A stretch of DNA of 64,000 nucleotides, taken from NCBI GenBank assembly GCA_050084515.1, contig CM114271.1, positions 6,200,001 through 6,264,000 of the forward strand, read 5' to 3'. The translations under genes and the position numbers were made by a program. The notes under the pieces were generated by a model. The model was given only the letters and a program-made list of their open reading frames with translations, searched no databases and was not told the origin of the DNA. Shown here piece after piece: positions 11,960-25,674 of this stretch. The stretch's first letter is position 1. The number at the start of each line of letters is the position of its first letter. This DNA comes from Blasia pusilla (taxonomy: Eukaryota).

Positions 11960-14900
11960 AGGCTATCTGCATGTGCTCAGCAACATAATTCTGATCCTTA
12001 GTCATATCAGATTTAGAACAATTTGCCAGCTGGCGTCTGAGACCATGGATATCTATCGATCTGGAATGGAGTGGATATAAGTAAAGTTCCATTATGACTG
12101 AGGAATCAATGGGAACGGAAGCTGGAGTCCAGTGACATTCTCTCCCACCACTTAATCTCGAGCGGTGTACAGACAGATCAATTATATGAAGGGCCTCTGT
12201 AATTTTTTCTCTCACAAACAGAGGCCTCATTACATGCTGTGTCTCACGTTTTCATGGATATTTTGAAATTTTTTTATAATCCTCGGTCCATCCTCTTTGT
12301 TTCCATTGGACGCCACTTCTCAATTATTTTTGCACATGTGGACACTGTGAATTTTCATATTCCGGGTATGTTCTGTTGGACGCTGTTTCTAAAATGAGTA
12401 CTGCAGTCGTGAATCCCAGGAGGTCCTTACTGTCTGGGAATACGAAATATTTGCAGGAGTAAGGCGAGAAAGGAAGGCATTTCTCTTATCAACTTTAGGT
12501 CAAAATACATCAAGGCCTCCTTCCCTGTCCGTGAGCAGCTGCGGATTGTCCAGTTTGATTGGAAATATCTAGGAGAATTGTGGGGACTGTCACATGATGT
12601 TGAGAAACCATTTAGCCACATCTGGAGTGGCTTGACTTCGCTTGGTGGAAATATAATAGACCACTTAGTTTGTGAAGGTAGTCACAATTTTTTTTAAGTG
12701 GGACTCTTCTAAAGCCCCGGATGGTGGACATTGTGTGGGCGGATCATTTGTGATTACCTGCAGAGACTTTCCTAATTTCAGAGAGATACAGGGGTGTGAG
12801 CTTCCCCTAACTTGCATGAGCGCCATGTTGCTGGAGTGTCGGAGTATGGCATCTGGAGCAATGCTTGGTGCATGCTATTGGAATGGAAGGCAAATTTACT
12901 AAATAAGGGCAGACATTACTTTTAAAACAGGAAGGAGATACTGGAAATTGTCATTAAGGGCTAGAAATGCAAGCAACTCTGCGACAGGTTGCACATAACA
13001 TGTATCATGTCATGAATGGAAACTATCCGTGGTCATTTAACTTTCAAGACCGATGTACTCCTTTGCAACTTCCGAGTGGAAGTTTCCTAGCGTTACTAAA
13101 TGTTCTCTTTGAGAACCATGAATAGAACAAACCATATCATGGGATGTCTCACTCCTCGAATACTAGTCAAGCAGTTACTATCTTCTGAACTGTGTATGAA
13201 CACTAATTCTTTACTTTACAGCACTTTGCAGTTGTTTGTCATTTTACAGAACTGGTATCAGTAAGAAATTATATCAGTTTCAGCACTTGTTCCGGTGCCC
13301 ACCTGCAGGGATACCTAAACTAAACTTCACCTCTAAGCTGCTGAACTATGTAGTCCTTCGCTTCTACTGCATGGATGTTAGGCAACCTCTTATGGAGTGG
13401 TGACTTCAAAGTGCAGTAATGTTTGTGAACCTCTTTTGGATGATGACTCAAAAGAGGTCTCTTGTCCGTTAGAAAACTAAATTGCACCCTAACAGCTCTT
13501 CTAGCTGTTGGAGTTGCAGATAGCGAGAATAACATTGCACGCCTTCTTGTACCCCTTCCTTCCTCTATGGTAATTGAGGGCAACATCATATGCATGCTAG
13601 GTCAGGTCAGGTCAGGATTTTTAGTTTTATGAGCCCAAAAATTTTGTGCGCAGCATCGGCTTGGTGGTTTTAATCTAGTTGTGCATTGAAAGTAGATATG
13701 AAGGACTGATTTGTTTTGTTACATAATCACTTGTGAAGTTATTCTAGGTGCCAAAACAGGTGGCCTAGACCTTTGCGCATGTCCATGGGATTAGGGGAGT
13801 AACCAATTAGATGTCATAGGTGTCAATAGGAGGCGAGCACAAAGAGGGTGTGTCAAACCTCAAGTGATTGTTGATGAAAGGGTGTTGCGCACTATACTAT
13901 AGATGTCATCTAATGTCTTGACACTAGTTTCCAACCAACAATACATTTGAAAAAGAAATTAGTGTTGGTGTAATAGATAGATTTTCCCCATCGAAATCCA
14001 AAAAAATTAAAATTGTCGTGCTCAATTTCCCATCTTCCTTTGCAAGGGGATAAACAAAACCTTCCTCTCTCTTAGCCATACATATCTTTATGACCCACTT
14101 GCAACCCTACCCGCCCCCTAATTCAAGGCCATCTTCCCCGCTTTTTTACTTCACAAATCCATGTAGTCCAAAATCACTTTCAAGAGAATATTTTGATCAT
14201 CCACCTAATCCTTCCAATCAAACAAGAATTAGTATACAAAAATTAACACAAACCTCATACTTCTCATAATTTTCTCCAAAAAAATTTCACCCAAATGACA
14301 AACTGATTTTTATTGCTTTATTGTCATATGTCAATCACATGGATTGGAGTAGAGGCCCAATATAAGAGTAGATTTGTGACCACCAAAATGAAGGTAGTTA
14401 CACATCACTCCTCCTTAAAGGAAAGCCCATTTATCCCAAGAAATAAAACCCCCCTCCTCACAAAGTTCTAAAGATGTGATCATGAATACAATAAATTAAT
14501 GTTACTATTTTTTCTTATTATGTTCTTATCTTGTCTTACCATCCATATGGAGTTAGTGTTACTAATATAGATGGTTGCAACTCAAGAAGCCATCCTCCAT
14601 CAAAAGCACAAGATAAGTAGAATGATTATACCTTGAAGGGTTTATTATTTTGTCTTGTCAACGTAGATATATCATTCTCCTATCATAATGTCCAATAATA
14701 TTTAAATATATGTTCCATATGCTCCTTCTCATCTTAATTCATTCATTCTTTTTTTCTTTCTCTCTCTCTCTCCAATTAGCAATAATTTTTCTCTATCATT
14801 GATTTTCCATTCCTTTTAATGTCTCTTGAATCCCTTTGAATTTTCATTTTAATGTGTTATTGAAGATTATTTTAATTAAAAACCTTTTTCTAATTATATA

Positions 14901-17879
14901 TATATATATATATATATGTAATCCTATAATAACGTCCAATTACACTGAAAATACCTTAAGGCCCCTTTTTTTTTCCCATATAAGCTCCTTCTTATTTTAA
15001 TCTTTCCCTTCCCCTCTCTCTAGCAATGATTTGTCTCTATTATGGATTCCTTTAAGCACCTCTTAAATACCTTTGAATCTTCATTTGAATGTGCCATTGA
15101 AGATTATTTTGGATATACATAGATTTTCATTGGATCATAATTCATTAAAAAAATGCTTATGCTATTTGTGAAGCTTTGGAATCTCTGATTGAATTTAAGT
15201 TCCTCAAAATTACCATGTTTAATCTTGATAATGATGGAGTTTGGTTTAAATTTTATTTCGTATGAAAATTTTTGTATTACATTTATGCTCATCCAGAAAA
15301 TTTTGTGCTGAAATGTTTAGGAGCCAAAATAGTATCTTATTTCATTGATACAAATACGAAGAAGTTTCATTGTTGAGATACGATAAATTAAATATAAACA
15401 AAAAAGGTTATTTATGTATATGGAAGATTCTGTAATTAAGTAAAAATCTTGAGACCGTTCTCAAAGGCACTTTAATTGCAAAAAATAGACTTTCCTATTT
15501 GAAATTCACATTATCTCAAAATTTGCAGAAGTTTGTAATTAACCAAACCCATTTAGTTATTTTGGATGGGCAACTAACTCTCAAGTGGTCGTGCAATAAC
15601 TAATGTTGACTATGATGTCGCTCCGTACAACCCACACTAAAAACCTATACGAACCAATTCAAGTTCATGGCCTAATCCAACACTTGCTTGAAGAGAGTTT
15701 AATATATGTCATGTTCTAACTAATTATGTCATATGTCTTAGACTTCACAGGAAATTCATGGAGACGGTATTTAATTCTGAATATAGGAAAAGAATAGAGG
15801 AAGGTAATAGAAGAAGAAAGAGGATTATTTTTCTAAAGGGCTTGCATTTCAATAGGAGAGGGGAAAGAAAATAACAATGTTAAAAAAAAAGGGGTTTGAA
15901 AGGAGTTTTTTTAAGTGTTAAAATTTCAATATAAGAAGGAAGGAGAGATATCTGATTTTGAAAAGGGGAGTGGAAAAGAGAGAAAGATATAAATTTTCAA
16001 CAAGATGTGACTTGTCACATCTTACTTTGACGTAGGTAGAATTCTATCGCGTCGACGACATAGAGAGTCAAGGGGTCATTTGCTTGGAACTTTGTCTCGA
16101 GATGTCGGATGAGGTTGGCAACAGGTCTATTGTGTCGGGAACGTCATTTATGGCAATTTCCCTATTTTGGTTTTAGTCCTTCAGGTGACCCGTTGATCGG
16201 GTCAACGGTCACGTGGTAACTTGTGCACGCAGGTTACCGTTGGTAGGGCTATTATTGGGGGAAGAGCTTTTTGGCTCTTCCCAAGGGTATAAGAGTGAGA
16301 GAAATGGCTTTCTCAAGCCATCTTTCTCATGTTGAGCCTTAGGAGCGCCTCCCTTGCATAGACGAGTGTGGGTGTGTAGGAGTTAGGGTGCTAGTATCCG
16401 GATTCCTTCATAACAAAAGGTGGATGTGGTTCGATATGTCGATGTTAATTCACGAGTGGAGTTTTAGGCTGGATGAGCCATTTTTACTACTCTTGATTTT
16501 ACATGAGAAAGATGCGAGGGGCCAAAAAATTCGTTGTTCGCAAGTAGGCAACCGAGTTGCTTCAGTGGGGAGCCCTTGGAGACGCTAGTTGGCATTTGTA
16601 TGGTCATTTTTTTAGTTCAAGAGGCCGTGCGCGGAAGCGTAGTCCATTTTTCTTACATCTCGTTGGTGCGGGGTGATGGGAGACAACAATAGAGGATAGC
16701 GCGCGGTGTGGCAACGAGTGTCTGTGAGTGATTCGTCGACGGGTGAGTGGCAAGTGTCGGGAGAGAGACTATAGGGCTTGCAGCCGCCAGGGGGCTGTTG
16801 AGTGAAGACGGCTAAGTTGGAGCCGTAGCCGTTTAGGTTACTTGAGATTAAGATCGGACGGCTAGAAAGCCGTTACGTTGAGGAGGAGGTAGCAAGGTTG
16901 GGACAAGTCGGGTGGAGCAAGGTGGCCAATTGCGTGGCCGCCAAGTGTCACACAGAGAAGGATACGGAGCTAGGTGTGTGCAGGTCGAGGGACGTACGCA
17001 TAGGGATGCACACCCATGTCGAGTAAGAAGGTAAGAGGAGATGGCATCAAGTCGTGCGACAGCAAAGGTCGCAAAGTGAGGGAGTAATGAGGGATGGGTG
17101 GCCGCCATAGGGCAGCGTGCTACCCATGCACGAGGAGTGTGAGGTCGAGCCAAGGGTTTGGGAGGCACCAAGGCTCCATGGAGAGCCATGGCCAAAGGTA
17201 GCTAGAGGAGGGCTCGGGCAGTGAAGAGGAAGAGCCGCGGAGGGGAAATAGGCGCATAACGGGGGAGCTTTGAAGGAGATGGGAGGAAAGAAGAGCATGG
17301 GATGCAAGAGGAGCCATTAAGGCTCCATGGAGATGGGACACACAAAGCCATTATGGCTCTAGGAAGCCACATAGGGTGGCGGGCTGGGAGGTATGAAAGC
17401 TGACAACGTACAACCAAGTGCCAAGGTGTTTTTGGGAGGAAGGAAAGCGCGGAAGGTGGAGAAGAGACAGCCGACGGCTGGGCAATGGCGGACGTGGCTA
17501 AAGGCATGAAGGCGCCACATAGAAGCAAAATGTGGTAATGTGGTTGGATACTAGGTAACGTGGTAGGACTGGATGGAGTACAGTTGGTTGTGAAGTAGGG
17601 CCAGGGTATTAACCGTGGTCAGGCAGATACACTGTTGAGTGAGGTCTACATAGTTGGGGATCTGGACTTACTTGGTAAAGTAAGAGATGGTTGACCATTG
17701 ATCATGGTAAGTAACATGGTCACGGATTTCAGATTATAGTTGGGAGTTGCGACGGGATTCACTTGCACTTTGTTGACCGGTGTTGAGACGAGTGATCCAC
17801 ACCGATAGTTTGCGATTGAGTGTAAGAGGTGGAGACACACGCACCGATGCCGATAGGCAGTCTGCATCGGGGTAGTACG

Positions 17880-20190
17880 AGTAGGAGTAGTGGAGTGACA
17901 CGGAGTGGTGTGAGGTATCGAGGGGTTTTGAGTGAGGAACCACCCCGACTCCCATTCGTGGCCAGATCATCATCACTAGAGAGCGGGTCTAGTGTAGAGA
18001 TCCCAGATGGGGACAGTGATGCGTGGAGAGAGGTGGACGACATGGGCCATCGGGGCATGCGTCATTTCTCGGGTGCGGTTGATACCATAGATTTAGATGA
18101 CTTCATCTAGGAGTTCGACACGTGATGGGACTTCTAGGAGATACGGACCCCTACGCAGTTCAACCCTTTCATGGCATGGAAGGGTTGTTCCAGCACTTGG
18201 AGGATCCTGAATGGATGATTACATGGAGTTTTGATCTCTATACTCTGTAGAGATCGATGCCTGGAGGGTGTATTGGGCTCAAGGGTATATATCCACTAGT
18301 GGCTGCGAGGCGTATGATGGGATAGTGAGGGCGGAGAGACCTACACCATCAACCCTGGGACTAGGTGGAGAGGATGGCAGTGAGAGTGGTGAGGTGGCAG
18401 AGACCTCTCGTGGTAGAGGACCACCGAGTTTCAATCCTACAGTGGAGTTCTTCCAACAGTTGGGGAGGAGCTACTATGGCGTGCGGACCCACAAGCTAAA
18501 TAGTCTACAGGATTTTCACTGGAGATCGGGTGAGAGTCTTAGGGAGGCGTTCACGTGCATGCGACGGTTGATCGTTGCCACATATGGGGTGATTGAGGCG
18601 CAGTTAGTGCAATATTGGTACGGGGTGCTGGATGAGGAGCTACGGAGGAGAGTTCAAGATGCGATGTTGCTTCACAAGGCAAAGCCCACAATGAAGGTGG
18701 TCTTGGAGTTGTTTGAGCGAGTAGAGCTCAACATGAGTGATTAGGAGCCACCTAGGATGGCCTCACTAGAGTTGCAGTGTGATCATTGTCATCGATATCA
18801 TCACACTAGGGATAGGTGTTTTGATCTTCGTCGAGCGATACGTCTAGAGGTAGGCAAAGGGCCTGGGGGCGAGAGAGTTGGTGGAGATCGAGGGGTTGAT
18901 GATCGTAGTGGTAGAGTTCCATCACCAGTCAAGGGAGATGGAGGACGTGCACCCAATGCAACGTTCCTCACTCGCATCGATCAGTTGGAGTAGAGGATTG
19001 CTACCATGACAATGATGCAACCAGTGATAGGCACGGAGCCGAGAGTAGCTAGTGTGGCTCCAGCCTCCACGTCGTATGAGGATACGCGGGAGGACTATAC
19101 GGGGTTGAGGTTTATGTATAGTGCGGCTTAGGTTGAGGCTGCTGCGGCGGTGACTCGAGGTGCTGCGAGAGTAACCGAGCCATCGAGAGGTGGGGTTGAG
19201 ATTGATCCATAGGAGGGGATCGATGGGTGGCAGGCCAAGGTTCCCCAGTTGTTCACATTGTCAGAGGCACTACATACAGCGTCAACGGATGGTGCCTTGT
19301 GGACCGATAGTACCTATGGGTGAGACAGGTGCGTCCACGTCACGAGGATTTGGAGAGACAACTCCTATGCCGGTTTAGGAGGAGCCAGTGTCGACCATGT
19401 TGTTGGAGGTGGCTATTAGGGTGAGCCAGACTCTGTTGTTTTCCGCCATGGAGTTGGCGACATTGGGAGTTGGACTAGCGGAGGTGTTCCGGCTGGCCGC
19501 CACGTTGTGTGAGTGTGGAGAGGTGACTACCTATTTTTCAGAGGTAGTTGAGGAGGTGGTGGACTTGCCCTCGAAGTAGGTGCTTGGGACGTTCCCCATT
19601 GAGTCATGGCATGCGGCAGTGGCAAAGTTGGTAGATATGCCAACTAGGCGAGCGATAGAGCAAGCTATGATCACACCAAGTGTGATGTTGTTGGAAAAAC
19701 AAGCATGAGTGTTACGCTTGGTTAGTCCCACAGGTATGATGTACCATACACAACACATCCTACTTGATTCGGGACCGCAACCCTTGATGTTAGGGAAGGC
19801 AACGTGTTTAGCGTTGGGTTTACGGAAAGGCGACATCGAGCCTTATTCCTTTTAGATATAGACCTCTATTGGGGGCGTATCACCCACACAATACATGACT
19901 CGGCAGGATTTAGTGATTAGACTTCATCCATAGCATGAGTCGGATAGTGCGATGGTGCGCACTCGGGCGATTACGACATCGCAGAGTCGTATGATGTGTT
20001 GGTAGGGAGTACGGTGTTGTATCCTCTTGGTTTCATTCTGGACTTTTGGGAGGAGACCGTTTCTTATTGGCCAGGGTGGCGATTAGGTGATGGACGGGTG
20101 AGCCATCTACCGGTGCAGTTTCCAGGAGTTAGTGGTGATCGATCGCGTGAGGATACGGTGATCACGTTGGCAACATTCACAAGTGGTGTC
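17880..20190 (+). pseudogene. Degenerate gag-protease of the outer element; truncated just after the protease (no MTase, RT or integrase)
   Basis: TIDLDDFI; SYYGVRTHKLNSLQDFHWRSGESLREAFTCMRRLI (retrotransposon gag-like); CDHCHRYHHTRDRC knuckle; LLDSGPQPLMLG protease motif at ~19760; YDVLVGSTVLYPLGFILDFWEE. Many in-frame stops. Confidence 0.82.
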
Positions 20191-22799
20191 GCTATTGTGT
20201 GGTGTGTAGATATGACCAGAGATGTGGGTTGTGTAGCAATGTATATGCGTACAAAAACTGTCACATCTTACTTCAACATAGGTAGAGTTCTATCGCGTCG
20301 ACGACATAGAGAGTTAGCGGGCTGTTGGGTGTAACTTTGTCCCAAGATGTCGGATGAGGTTGGAAACAGGTTTGTTGTATCGGGAATGTCGTTTATGATG
20401 AATTTCCTATTTTGGTTTTAGTTTGTCAGGTGACGCGTTGACCGGGTCAATGGTCACCTCGTAACCTATGCACGCAGGTTACCGTTGGTAGGGCTATTTT
20501 TGGGGGAAGAGATTTTTGGCTCTTCCCAAGGGTATAAGGGAGAGAGAGATGGCTTTCTCAAGCCATCTTTATCATGTTGAGCCTTAGGAGTGACTCACTT
20601 AGATAGACGTGTGTGGGTGTATAGGAGTTAGGTTGTTAACATCCACATTCTTTCATAGTAGAGGGTGGATGTGGTTTGTCACGTCTTTTAGGATAGATCG
20701 GTGGGATCTAATAGAGCGCCTTCATGAGTAGTGGAGGACACGCCCAGTAGGTCGAGGGTGACCTGCTGAGGCCCTTGGAAACCTGAGATAGCAGGTTTCC
20801 CCTTCGTTTCGGCTCATTTGGAGCCATATTGAGGAACTTACTATTTTAGGTAAGTACCATTTTGAGTATATTATCGACTTACTATTTTTGGTAAGTGGCC
20901 CTTGACCTCCTACATCAGGTCAAGGAGGTGACTTGGGAGAATAGGTTACCATGGAGAGAGCTTGGGAGAGGAGAGGGGTATACCTCAAGGAGAGAGAGCT
21001 TGAGAGCTCATTCTCTCTTTGTTGAACCTCTTGGCATGAGGCGGCGGAGCTATGGTACCTTGCCTTGTGAGTGTAACCCAAGCCTCTCATTAGGAGAGTG
21101 GGTTTGGTTTGACATGAGAGAGAGTGCACACCTTTGAGAGCTATGGTGTGAGATGGTGGAGAGAGAGATTGGATCTTACTTTACAAAGAGAGAATGAGAG
21201 AGTGAGAGAGCTTCATGGGGGAGCTCGCTGGTCACTCCCTGTTTTTGCAGGTTGGGGACCGTGTTCCCCGTTCAGCGGCTCATGGGAGTGCTCACCGGAG
21301 CAAGGGGTGCTTTCATTACTCTTTGCATTTGCCGATTTTTCGTGTGGAAGAGTGGCGCGCGGAAGCGCTGCCCAATTTCTGATAGGGATTGAGTATGGGG
21401 GCGGTTGCCCCATGCTGGTGCTCTCGGGAACACCATGTAGCTTGCTGATATGTATTTTTACAGATGTTACATTTTCGTTGGGAGAAATCAGCGCAGGAGC
21501 GCTGCCGAATTTTGTGTAGGAGAAAGAGACATTGGGCTTTACGACAGTCCCCGTCATTTTTTACTGAAATGTTTGATTCTAAATATTTTTTGATGGTAGT
21601 GTAGATCGTGAAGCTGTGCACGCTGTGCAACAAACAGTGCACAAGTTGGAGTTGCGAGCAAAAAGTTATGGGCAATCTTGTAAAGCTGCCATTGCTAGGC
21701 GATTTTTAGGGTTAAATCGTGCAAACCCTAAATCAACCGCCACACCGGCGGCGGCCGTCGCCATCATAGTCACCGTCAACGGTCGACGGTCAACCGTCAC
21801 CGTCATCGGTCGGCCGTCACCATCAGCGGTCAACCGTCACTGTCAAGGGTCCACCGTCCATTGTCCACCCTTTGGGTGCCATTGTCGCCATTACGGAGTG
21901 GAGGGTCTTCCATGACGTTCGTTGATTCCTTGACTTGCGTCGCCACCACGTACTTTGTTTTGGCCGCCACCGTCATCGCAGTTTCTTCATCAACCAATGA
22001 AGGCAGATGACCTCCGGTTATGGTGTTTGAGTTTTGATTTCATGCTGCTATGTTGTGATTGGTAGCCGCTCGACGACGATCGAGTATCGTGTCGTGGCGC
22101 CAGAGCCGCAACGCCGCCCGATTGCCGCGCCCGTGTCGCTCGGGCCGCACCGCACCATCTCTATCGCGGAGCCGCACCGTCATTGTGGAGCGAGTGTGGG
22201 ATTATTATTGATTGAGGAGGGTATGCCGCCGAAAGTGCCGCATCCCACCATCGAGGGCCGCGGCCGTTTGTAGCCGTTCGCGTCGCGCCGCAACGCCGCA
22301 CCGTTCGGCGGGACCGCGCAGGTGTCTATCGAGGAGTTTTGAGCAGCATCATGACGGGAGGAGTATGACTTGCTGATTGGAGGAGTTGTCTCCACGATCG
22401 AGTTGGGGTCGAGATTTGCGATTCTTGAGGAGCGACATCGACATGTGTTCGGGTTACCCATTCTCGGTCCTTTACCCGCACGTGTGAGGGATTCTGGGAT
22501 TTATTTGGGGATATTGGGTGTGTGGATGCTGAGAGCATCATTTATATATGTGGTTTAGGGGACATAGACCTGTGTGGGATGTCCGGAGTTGAGGGTAGGT
22601 TGTCGATGAGATGATAGCCTGGTCGATTTGCCGCACCACGCCGCGTGTTGCAACACGTTACACGTCTCGGGGAGAGAGAGTGTAGATCGAGTGCCGCATG
22701 TTTGGGATGAGTGATTGAGGGATTCCTCACGAGGTTCAGAGTGATCGGGTGAGAGGGGCACGAGGGTCATCACGGAGTCTGTTCAGGACTTTGAGAGCC

Positions 22800-24750
22800 G
22801 AGGTGGTGAACCTAAGAGTAGCTCTAGAGGTTTTACGCGGAGTGGCGCGAGGTTTCGAGGGTCTCCACGTGAGGGACCACCTCAACCTCCTTCTGTGTCA
22901 TCGTCAGACGAGGGGGAGGGTGTAGAGGAGTTTGTGAGCACATCGCCACACATTGTGAGTGGTCCTACCGGTTGGGCGTCACGAGATGGACGATCGGGGT
23001 AGAGGACGCGAGGTTTTCAGGTGTGAGGCACGATTGAGTTGCACGCGATTTTATAGCAGAGTTTAGGAGTTGGTGCGACTCCCGTGGGCCAGAACTCTAG
23101 AGAGTTCAACCGTTCTTACAAAGATGGAACGGTATGTTCCAAAGATTTAGAGGGGGCGCCCATGGACGATTACCATGAGTTCTCTCGAGAGATATGCATG
23201 TGAGATCGAGGCGTGGAGGCTCTACTATGACCCACATTATGTGTCATGGACGGAGCGTTCCCAGATGAGGAGGAGGAGTCGAGAGGCTACTTCCTCTTCC
23301 ACTAGTGACGTTTTAGGAGGGGTCACTCGACGGGAGCGATTGCACCGTCTAGTCGGGTTCATCCCTGAGTTGAGTTCTTTTGAGTTGAGGGCGAGCTACC
23401 AAGGGGTACGGACGGAGAAGTTGCGGAGCATCCACGACTTCCAGAGGCGCCGGGTGAGAGTTTGCGTGAGGCTTACACTCGCTTGCGCCGGTTGATCAAC
23501 GTCACTCGGGGGGTGACAGAGGCTCAGCTATCCGGTCATGGTATGCGATCTTTGGCCGACCGACCCTGCGGACACGGAGTGCGGAGGGGGTGCTTCTTAT
23601 GAACACCTCCCCACGTTGAGATGTTTTTAGGACCGCCGAGAATATTGAGCGCAACATGGCGGAGGAGAGCGTAGCCACCATGGGTTCTGGGCGAGAGCAG
23701 TCACGATTGTCTGCACCACTTGTGTAGCAACGTGGACTCCGAGATAGGTCGACTATGGCACCACGAGCTCGGGGGGAGGATACCGAGAGGCCGTGCCACG
23801 AGACTGCGCCTTCATATGCGGCTCAAGGCAGCAGCCGCCTACTATTACTTGTTGGTCATGTGGTGGAGCCCATCATCAGCGCGATTGCACTCGCGGGGTC
23901 ATGGACGTGTGCCTCAAAGATGGAGGAGGAGATGGTGTCGCACCAGGAGGTTATCGGTGTGACTACCGCCGAGGTATGGTCATACACGCGCCAGGTGTTT
24001 TAGTTTACATCCTGAGTTACGCCTGGACCGAGGGCCGAGAGGGCACCAGAGCGAGTAGCCGGTCCGGTGGGCCTAGAGATCGTGCTCCAGGTGGTCCCGT
24101 TGGGGGACGAGGAGCTGGAGTTGCCCGACAGGGTGGTGGAGCGCCGTGGAGGAGGTAGAGTACCACCACCTAGACGCGCCGAGGGAGATGTCGGACGTGA
24201 GGCCGGGATGGTCGCTTTCGATACAACATGACTACATGAGCATATTGCCGCTATGGCATTGAGGTTACCCGATGCCGGATCTGTGGCATCGACATCATAT
24301 GGAAGCGTCGAGAGATCCGGAGGATCCTGGATGGATGCGAGGTTGCCAGATGGAGGCCGCCGCAGACAGACGCGTGGAGCAGCCGCAGAGTTGATCCACA
24401 GCGAGGGGAAGCCAGAGATGCAGACTAGGCTTCCTCAATCTTTCACGTTGTCGGCGATGAGGACCCCATCGATGGGTCCTCATCAAAGTTCCCAAGAGTT
24501 GGTAATGTTGTTGGTGTGCAAGCACGGAGGGTGATGGGAGAAGCGAAGTGCGACGACTCCTATTGTTGATGCTCGGAGAGGGCATGTGTCAAGCACGTTG
24601 TTGGGGCGGCCACCGTTGTGTACCGCACTCCTTTATTTTCGCTTCCGATGTTGTGACGTTGGGAGGTACGCCCGCCGAGGTTTTTTTTCGGCTGGCCGCT
24701 TCACTATGTGAGCGTGGAGTTGGAGTTCCTGCATCACATTCGTGAGGTGA
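22800..24750 (+). pseudogene. gag region of the inner element (frameshifted as assembled)
   Basis: LRASYQGVRTEKLRSIHDFQR (homologous to the outer gag); CCHC zinc knuckle CWSCGGAHHQRDC at ~23850-23890. Boundaries approximate. Confidence 0.75.
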
Positions 24751-24784
24751 TTGCAGAGGAGGTGATGGACCTGCCCTTGAGCGG

Positions 24785-25340
24785 ATGCTCGGGCCGCCCA
24801 CGCCGATTCATGGCAGTGCGGTCGCTAGGATGGCGGAGATGCCCGCTAGACCCGCGATAGAGCGTGCCATGGCTTCTCCTGGTGTTGTGTTGCTGGATAA
24901 CCGAGGAGAGGTCTTCCAGTTGGTGAGTCTTGGAGGTAGAGCTTTTAGTCCGCAGCGCGTCTTGTTGGATTCAGGAGCGCAACCCTTGATGTTGGGGAAA
25001 GCGTCATTCAGAGGATTGGGCTTGACGAGAGCCGATGTGGAGTGTTGTCCATTTCGGATACAGACATCCTTGGGTGGAGCGAGTACCACACAGTATATCA
25101 CCCGACAGGAGGTCGTGGTGAGGATTCGCCCGGGACATCCTACAGATGAGTCCGTGGTGCGCGCCAAGGCGATAGTGACTGATGCTGAGTCCTACGACGT
25201 CTTGGTTGGTGGAGCAGTGTTATACCCGATGGGGTTTTCCCTGGATTACTGGGAGGAGTCAGCGTCCTACAGACCAGGATGGCAGTCAGGTGATGGGCGC
25301 CTTAGCTCATTACCCGTTCGATTCACAGGTGCAGTGATCG
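24785..25340 (+). pseudogene. Retrotransposon aspartic protease domain
   Basis: RVLLDSGAQPLMLG active-site motif (~24960) and distal SYDVLVGGAVL motif. Confidence 0.88.
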
Positions 25341-25674
25341 AGCAATGGCGATGGCAACCTTAGCAGCATTTAGCAGTGCCATCACTTGGCCTAGTGATTT
25401 GATTGAGGGACATGTCCATGCAGAGGATACTCCCGTTCCTGACATTTCTATGGAGAGGAGTGTTATGGTAGCTGCATCATTCCGTGGAGGAGAGGTGCCG
25501 CTGTGGGGCTCGACTGAGGAGCTTCAACGATTGGCAGATGCGCACGTGCAGACCGCGTGGAGCGAGGCGTTTGCACCAGAGCGTGACGGGTCTGAGGAAC
25601 CCGAGGTAGCGGGGAGTGCTACGATGACACCCTTGGATACTACACCCATTGTGTGGTGTACCCCGGAGGAGGGT

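Noticed and set aside
13300-13620. Possible retroposon end with a (GGTCA)n tail
   Set aside because: Only three to four repeat units, no coding similarity and no second copy in the window.
16009-16012. TSD for the outer element (gact left, gatc right)
   Set aside because: Only 2 of 4 positions match, so it is not claimed as a TSD.
20895-21137. Identical 80-aa ORF at 20895 and 30523
   Set aside because: It lies within the duplicated A repeat, which explains the identity; no protein features.
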